This document shows positions 6,616-12,011 of a DNA stretch of 12,011 nucleotides, in pieces. The notes under the pieces were generated by a model that ran no database searches, had not been told where the DNA came from, and saw only the letters and a list, made by a program, of their open reading frames with translations. Position 1 is the first letter of the stretch, and each line of letters opens with the position of its first letter. A program made the position numbers and the translations under genes. This DNA comes from Armatimonadota bacterium (GTDB taxonomy: Bacteria; Vulcanimicrobiota; JACPDS01; JBDRKI01): NCBI GenBank assembly GCA_043814095.1, contig JBDRKI010000079.1, positions 1 through 12,011 of the forward strand, written 5' to 3'.

Positions 6616-6954
6616 ATGGCAACTTCACCGATTAATCCAGCAGGGCTCCCCGGAAGGCAACAATATATTGCCCAAACAAATGACATACCGGCTTCTGATG
6701 AAAAATCAAAAGGCATAATCAGAAATATGAAGCGCAATATATGCGGCTTATTAAAACTGCTAGAAGACTACGGTTTTTCAATCAAAGATGAACAGGGCAA
6801 ACCCGTTAAGATTGACGAACACATAGATTCGCCCCTGCTTTATATATTTCTGCTTAATATATCTACAACCTTACCATCTATGTCTTTTATCTCAACTTCC
6901 ATGGGCATACTGCCGGGGAGCGTATGGGTAGCGCATGCCATACAGGGATCATAA
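6616..6954 (+). CDS. Hypothetical protein, probably a 3'-truncated gene whose reading frame runs antisense into mvhA
   Basis: Strong RBS AAGGAGG precedes the ATG at 6616, 22 nt after the upstream stop. The first ~75 codons occupy their own DNA; the last 115 nt overlap the mvhA 3' end on the opposite strand. Confidence 0.5.
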   Translation: MATSPINPAGLPGRQQYIAQTNDIPASDEKSKGIIRNMKRNICGLLKLLEDYGFSIKDEQGKPVKIDEHIDSPLLYIFLLNISTTLPSMSFISTSMGILPGSVWVAHAIQGS

Positions 6955-8336
6955 GCGCGGAATGCCATCTCAACCATATTTAACAGGCTGTCTGTAACTT
7001 TTCCACCTTTTATTAATCCTTTTGCGGCATCCCTTATGCTTATGCATATGGCAGGGTAATTATTGCCCGTAGCGACTATCAAGTTGGCTTTTTTCATAAC
7101 ACCCTTATCATCTGTCTTATAATGATGTATAAGAACTCCTCTTGCAGCTTCCACAACACCTACTCCCTCACCGGAGACTTTAGTAGGATTATTCCTTATA
7201 TCATCACTTGTGATATCTTTGTCTTCTGCTAACTGCAGGAATCTTTCCGCGGCATTTAAAAGCTCTATTATCCTTGCCCAGTGCATGGCAAGTGTATGGT
7301 GCACAGGCTTGCCGCCGAGGGTATCAAAATATTTTTCATACTCTTTCTGGGCTAAAGGAGTATTCATGCCGTCTGAGGCGTTTAATCTGCCCAGGGGGGC
7401 GACACGGTAGATGCCCGATTCTTTGCCTGTAGCAAGACCTTTCCACCCTATTTTCTTTAAAAACGGGAACTTGGTATGTGTCCATTCTTCAACATGCTCT
7501 TCAATATGCTCAAGATAATCTTTAGGATCAAACTTTACAAATTCTTTACCGTCCTGGTCAACTACTCTTATCTTACCATCATAAAAATTAACCTTATTGT
7601 TATCATCAACCAATCCCATATAATATGTCTTCATTGTATACGCGGGGGATTTAATAAGATCTAGATAGTTATTATTGCCTAATACAATTTTATTGAAGGT
7701 ATCTATAGTAAACTGTGCGAAAGAAACCGCAGATTTCCCGTATTTTATAATCGTATCCCTTTCTTCTTCTGTAAGCCCTTTAGATATACCGCCCGGGACA
7801 CCGCACGCGGGATGAACGGATTTCCCGCCCATCATCTTTAATATTTCCTGGCCGTATTTCCTGTGTTTTATAACTTCAGAACCTATCTCCAGCCCTACTT
7901 TGTTTATAACTCCGATTATGTTTCTGTCCGCCGGAGGCGCATCAGGCCCTACAACAAAATCAGGGCCGCCCAGATAATAAAAATGGAGAAGATGATCACT
8001 GAAAAAGTACGCATTATACATTAATTCTCTTAACTTCTTGGCGGCAGTTGTAGGTTCAACACCGAAAACGCCGTCTAGGGCTTTAGTTGAAGCCATATGG
8101 TGCGCAAGAGGACATACCCCGCATATTCTGGGTGTTATAAGGGGCATCTCTTCGGCGCATCTATCTTCTGAAAATTTTTCAAAACCGCGCAGCTCCGGTA
8201 TCTGGAGATACGCATTTTCTACATCCCCGTTTTTATCTAGAAATATTTCTATTTTCCCGTGCCCTTCCAGGCGGGTAATCGGATTTATTGTTATCTTCTT
8301 TGTCGCTTTTTTATTCTCAACTGTCTGCATAATCAT
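6840..8336 (-). CDS. mvhA: [NiFe]-hydrogenase large subunit, group 3c (F420-non-reducing, Hdr-associated)
   Basis: TRLEGHG, ELRGFEKF, L1 motif RICGVCPLAH and L2 motif RAYDPCMACATH, followed by a C-terminal extension. RBS GGAGG. Context with mvhDG/hdrA. Confidence 0.93.
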   Translation of the reverse strand: MIMQTVENKKATKKITINPITRLEGHGKIEIFLDKNGDVENAYLQIPELRGFEKFSEDRCAEEMPLITPRICGVCPLAHHMASTKALDGVFGVEPTTAAKKLRELMYNAYFFSDHLLHFYYLGGPDFVVGPDAPPADRNIIGVINKVGLEIGSEVIKHRKYGQEILKMMGGKSVHPACGVPGGISKGLTEEERDTIIKYGKSAVSFAQFTIDTFNKIVLGNNNYLDLIKSPAYTMKTYYMGLVDDNNKVNFYDGKIRVVDQDGKEFVKFDPKDYLEHIEEHVEEWTHTKFPFLKKIGWKGLATGKESGIYRVAPLGRLNASDGMNTPLAQKEYEKYFDTLGGKPVHHTLAMHWARIIELLNAAERFLQLAEDKDITSDDIRNNPTKVSGEGVGVVEAARGVLIHHYKTDDKGVMKKANLIVATGNNYPAICISIRDAAKGLIKGGKVTDSLLNMVEMAFRAYDPCMACATHTLPGSMPMEVEIKDIDGKVVDILSRNI

Positions 8337-8356
8337 ATATCCTCCGATTAATTGAC

Positions 8357-9310
8357 TTACACTTTACCTTTCAGCATAGAAGTCGGCAGGGAGAATTCAT
8401 ATAAGGTTCCGGCCGGATCCAGTACTTCATCCGCCATTTTCTGCGCTTCCTCTTCTGTTTCTGCTTCAAATACCGATGCTAAAGATGAAAGCATCTTAGC
8501 GCCTATATCATGAACACCCTCGGCAGGACCGAAACAGCCCCTGCAGGGTATATTCGTCGTTGTGCACTGTGCTTCACATCCCGATCTGGCAGCAGGCCCC
8601 ATACATATTATTCCCTGATCTAAAAGACACTCATCATATTTAGGAGTTATCTCATGATACCTGTAAACCTTTGATATCTTTTTCTCTTTCCTGTCGCGCT
8701 TGCACTCATCACATACCGATGACGCGCCGGCTATAACGGTGCCCTTCCCGGGCAGTTTTCCCGAAGCTATTATCTCAACCGCTTTCTCAACCATAGAGGG
8801 GGGTGGCGGGCACCCGGGTAGATAATAATCAACATCTATAACCTGGTTCAATGCTCTTAAGGATTTAAAAACTTCGGGAAGCTCAAGCTCCCCTTCACTT
8901 GTCTCAACCCTGGTCTTGGGAAGTATCTTATCCGGATTATTTGTAGATTCCGATTCTATATACGCTCTTTCAAAAAGCTGGCTTCTTTTATAGAAATTGG
9001 CAAGCCCTGGTATGCCTCCAAGATGAGCGCATGAACCGAACGCTATTAAAATTTTTGATTTTTGTCTTAAAAGTTTTGCAATATGTTCATGTTCGGAATT
9101 TCTTATCCCGCCGTTAAAAAAACATACATCTATATGATTATCGGGCATCTCTTCCACATCGGAATACTTAAAATCCATAGCGCAGGGCCAGAAGACTATA
9201 TCCGCAATTTTTATAACATCAAGTATCTTTTCATGTATATCCAGCACGGCTACTTCACACCCTCCGCAGCTGCAGGCCCAGTAAAACGCAAACTTTAATT
9301 TACCGCCCAT
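8357..9310 (-). CDS. mvhG: [NiFe]-hydrogenase small subunit (MvhG)
   Basis: CSCGGC, GSCAHLGGIPGLAN, PGCPP, VCDEC, CLLDQGIICMGP, GCEAQC and PCRGCFGP Fe-S motifs. Confidence 0.93.
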   Translation of the reverse strand: MGGKLKFAFYWACSCGGCEVAVLDIHEKILDVIKIADIVFWPCAMDFKYSDVEEMPDNHIDVCFFNGGIRNSEHEHIAKLLRQKSKILIAFGSCAHLGGIPGLANFYKRSQLFERAYIESESTNNPDKILPKTRVETSEGELELPEVFKSLRALNQVIDVDYYLPGCPPPPSMVEKAVEIIASGKLPGKGTVIAGASSVCDECKRDRKEKKISKVYRYHEITPKYDECLLDQGIICMGPAARSGCEAQCTTTNIPCRGCFGPAEGVHDIGAKMLSSLASVFEAETEEEAQKMADEVLDPAGTLYEFSLPTSMLKGKV

Positions 9311-9736
9311 TTACGCCTCCACCTCTTTTTTTGCCTTAAACGGCCCGAGTTCTTTTATCCCTTCAACAAATTCCTTTGTAATCTTTGCAAATTTATCGCC
9401 TTCCGAAGCCGAGACCCAAGAAAGACGGACCCTGCCGTCTTCTATGCCGAACTGCTCAAGCATCTTCTTCGCCAGAGGGTACCTTCTTATGGTTTTAACA
9501 TTCCCGTTCTGATAATGGCAGTCTCCTGGATGACACCCGCATATAAGGACGCCGTCCGCGCCTTCACAAAATGCTTTAAAAACAAATGAGGGCTCAATCC
9601 TTCCTGAACACATAACCCTTATAACCCTTATATTATGGGGGTATTTTATGCGCGATGTACCTGCAAGATCAGCCCCTGTATATGAACACCAGTTGCACAG
9701 AAAAGCCACTATTTTCGGTTCAAATACATCTTCCAT
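9311..9736 (-). CDS. mvhD: [2Fe-2S] hydrogenase iron-sulfur subunit (MvhD/FlpD family)
   Basis: [36 protein letters not shown] and WVSASEG. RBS GGAGG. Confidence 0.95.
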   Translation of the reverse strand: MEDVFEPKIVAFLCNWCSYTGADLAGTSRIKYPHNIRVIRVMCSGRIEPSFVFKAFCEGADGVLICGCHPGDCHYQNGNVKTIRRYPLAKKMLEQFGIEDGRVRLSWVSASEGDKFAKITKEFVEGIKELGPFKAKKEVEA

Positions 9737-9746
9737 AAAATCCTCC

Positions 9747-11705
9747 CTATATTAATATTCCTTCAATCTCGGCATGTATAGCGCTGTCAGTAAAATGCCT
9801 TCCTTTTATAGCTCCTATAGGACATGCGGCAACACATGTACCGCATCCTTTACAAAGCGTTTCATTTACTTTTGAAACTTTCTTTTCTTGGTCAAATTCA
9901 ATTGCTGAATAAGGACACAAATTGTTGCATATCCTGCAGCCTGAGCATTTATCTTCATCTATAACCGCTGTTATTGGTTCTATATCCACTTTACCTTTAT
10001 CTATAAGAACAAGCGCTTCCGCCGCGGCTGCCGCCCCCTGAGCAACACTGTCGGGTATATCTTTGGGACCCTGACAGCATCCCGCGACAAATATGCCGTC
10101 CGTAGCGGTTGAAACGGGCGCAAGCTTCGGATGCTTCTCAAGTATAAATCCGTCTTTTGAGCTGCTGCATGTAATTGATTTAAGAAGCTCTTTTGTTCCG
10201 CTAGAGGGTTCAAGTCCCGCGCATAGTATAACCATATCAACAGGCATCCTTCTTGTGCGGGCTAAAAGGGTATCCTCTACTTTTACTATAAGTTTTCCTT
10301 CTTCGGTGTCTGAGAGCGGCTCACAAGAAACTTCCGCCGCCCGCCCCCTTATAAATACAACGCCTTCTTCTAAAACTCTTCCGTAAAATTCTTCATAACC
10401 TTTACCGAAACAGCGAAGATCTATATACATATTGTAAACATCTGCATCTAATTTATCTTTTAAAAGATGGGCATATTTTACCGCGTACATGCAGCATACT
10501 CTTGAACAGTGCTCATTATAATTCTCATCCCTGCTCCCCACGCAGTGAATAATAGCAACTGTCTTGGGAGTTCTACCGTCTTTCATAACTATTTTACCGT
10601 TTGTTGGACCTGATGCGTTAAGCATTCTTTCAAATTCCAGACTTGTTAAGACATTATCTAACCTTCCATAGCCGAACTGCGGGATACGTTTGCAGTCAAA
10701 AAGCTCAAAGCCGGTCGCTATAATTATGGCGCCTGCTTCTTCTTCTATAATCTTTTCTTCCTGATTATAATCAACCGCATCCACAGGGCATAATTTAGCG
10801 CAGACCTGACACTTTTCCGTTTTAAAATACGTGCAGTTTTCTTTATCTATAACGGGTATTGCCGGCACGGCCTGTGCAAAAGGAGTATAAATAGCGCCGC
10901 GCGTCCCGAGGCCTGCCTCAAACTCACTGGATACTTTTACCGGACACTTGCCCACACACAGCTGGCAGCTTATGCATTTACTTTCATCAATATATCTCGG
11001 TTTCTTTTTTATCTTAACTTTAAAATTCCCCACACTGCCGGAGACTTCTACTACTTCACTCCAGCTCATTAAAGTAATATTGGGATTTCTTCCCACTTCC
11101 ACCATTTTAGGAGTTAATATGCATGCGGAGCAGTCTAATGTTGGGAATGTTTTGTCAAACTGGGCCATATGGCCGCCTATGGAAGGGCTCTTTTCAACAA
11201 GTATTACTTTTTTGCCTGCATTAGCGAGTTTTAACGCGGCTTCTATGCCGGCGATCCCGCCGCCTATTACAATGGCTTTCGGAATTACATCTACCTGCCT
11301 TGATTCAAGTGCTTCATGATGGACAAGCCTTCTTACCGCCGCATTTATAAGGGCTTTTGCTTTCTCTGTTGCTTTGACTTTATCATCGGTAACCCATGAA
11401 CAGTGTTCCCTTATATTAGCCATCTGCAGATAATAAGGGTTAAGGCCTGATTGAGCCAGGGCGGCTTTAAACGTGGGTTCGTGCATTAAAGGGGAGCATG
11501 CGGCTACGACAACTCTGTTAATGCCCTTTTCTTTTACATCTTTTTTAATAATATCCTGACCGGGATCAGAACACATATATTTATATTCTTTCGCGACAAC
11601 AACACCCGGAAGAGTTGACGCGTATTTTACCGCATCTTCAACATCAACAGTCTGGGAAATATTGCTGCCGCAGTGGCATACATAAACACCTATTTTTACG
11701 GACAT
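9747..11705 (-). CDS. hdrA: Heterodisulfide reductase subunit A (flavin/Fe-S, electron-bifurcating type)
   Basis: [30 protein letters not shown] motif, [16 protein letters not shown], an inserted 2x[4Fe-4S] ferredoxin, [22 protein letters not shown] and a C-terminal 2x[4Fe-4S]. 652 aa; RBS GGAGG. Confidence 0.96.
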   Translation of the reverse strand: MSVKIGVYVCHCGSNISQTVDVEDAVKYASTLPGVVVAKEYKYMCSDPGQDIIKKDVKEKGINRVVVAACSPLMHEPTFKAALAQSGLNPYYLQMANIREHCSWVTDDKVKATEKAKALINAAVRRLVHHEALESRQVDVIPKAIVIGGGIAGIEAALKLANAGKKVILVEKSPSIGGHMAQFDKTFPTLDCSACILTPKMVEVGRNPNITLMSWSEVVEVSGSVGNFKVKIKKKPRYIDESKCISCQLCVGKCPVKVSSEFEAGLGTRGAIYTPFAQAVPAIPVIDKENCTYFKTEKCQVCAKLCPVDAVDYNQEEKIIEEEAGAIIIATGFELFDCKRIPQFGYGRLDNVLTSLEFERMLNASGPTNGKIVMKDGRTPKTVAIIHCVGSRDENYNEHCSRVCCMYAVKYAHLLKDKLDADVYNMYIDLRCFGKGYEEFYGRVLEEGVVFIRGRAAEVSCEPLSDTEEGKLIVKVEDTLLARTRRMPVDMVILCAGLEPSSGTKELLKSITCSSSKDGFILEKHPKLAPVSTATDGIFVAGCCQGPKDIPDSVAQGAAAAAEALVLIDKGKVDIEPITAVIDEDKCSGCRICNNLCPYSAIEFDQEKKVSKVNETLCKGCGTCVAACPIGAIKGRHFTDSAIHAEIEGILI

Positions 11706-11722
11706 ATAATCCTCCGCGATCT

Positions 11723-12011
11723 CTACACAGTTTCTAATATTTTCTTAGACTTGATTATGTTTCTATCAAACTCCAGTTCTTGAGGCGGGACGCCGAGCGA
11801 TAGCCCTAAAAGCTGGGTAAAGGGCACTACCGGTATATTGTAATCGGTGCCGAATGCGGCATTTACTTTTCCCTGGTAAGCTTCTAAATTCATCTGGCAT
11901 AAAGGACAGGCAGTGGCTATGCAGTCCGCGCCTTTACGTTTGACACTCTCAAAAATATCTTTAACAAGTTTTTTTGCGATATGTTCGTCTGAGATTATAA
12001 GCATACCGCCG
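11723..12011 (-). CDS. hdrB: Heterodisulfide reductase subunit B, C-terminal part (gene starts beyond the window)
   Basis: The frame is open to the window edge (...GGMLIISD). GADCIATACPLCQMNL and IPVVPFTQLLGLSLG are typical of the second CCG domain of HdrB. The track's Met at 12004 is internal. Confidence 0.88.
   Translation of the reverse strand, partial: GGMLIISDEHIAKKLVKDIFESVKRKGADCIATACPLCQMNLEAYQGKVNAAFGTDYNIPVVPFTQLLGLSLGVPPQELEFDRNIIKSKKILETV

Noticed and set aside
6071..6737. Three short minus-strand ORFs (6071-6283, 6446-6628, 6534-6737)
   Set aside because: Antisense to better-supported plus-strand ORFs that have clear RBSs.
7210..11319. Small ORFs inside the hdr/mvh genes (7210, 7476, 8038, 9083, 10001, 10093, 10948)
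   Set aside because: Shadow or alternative-frame ORFs within strongly conserved genes, with no independent evidence.
6840..11705. Selenocysteine recoding in HdrA, MvhD or MvhA
   Set aside because: The usual Sec positions are Cys codons (DCSAC, CNWC, GCH, DPCMAC), and there are no in-frame TGA interruptions.
1..12011. CRISPR arrays, tRNA/rRNA genes, long tandem repeats
   Set aside because: No regularly spaced repeats or RNA-gene signatures were seen by eye, and the intergenic spaces are short.

Overview
Bacterial-type window (GGAGG RBSs, sigma70-like promoters, lipobox). The right half is a minus-strand heterodisulfide reductase/group 3c [NiFe]-hydrogenase operon: hdrB (partial), hdrA, mvhD, mvhG, mvhA. 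Its likely maturation protease lies about 2 kb further downstream, coupled to endonuclease IV (nfo). Between mvhA and the protease is an accessory-looking patch. It holds an orphan 128-aa ORF and an internally deleted AAA_14/DUF4143-type ATPase pseudogene with a palindrome over its promoter. It also holds a divergent promoter with a G9 tract in the -35/-10 spacer, an orphan EF-hand-like/HEAT-like protein, and a probably truncated ORF running antisense into mvhA. The left part has a BI-1/YccA-family membrane protein and an 811-aa lipoprotein with two IPT/TIG domains and a HEXXH metallopeptidase domain. At the extreme left edge is the left end and transposase start of a probable IS1202-type (ISNCY) element that the ORF track missed. 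All family calls are by motif recognition only; no searches were run.
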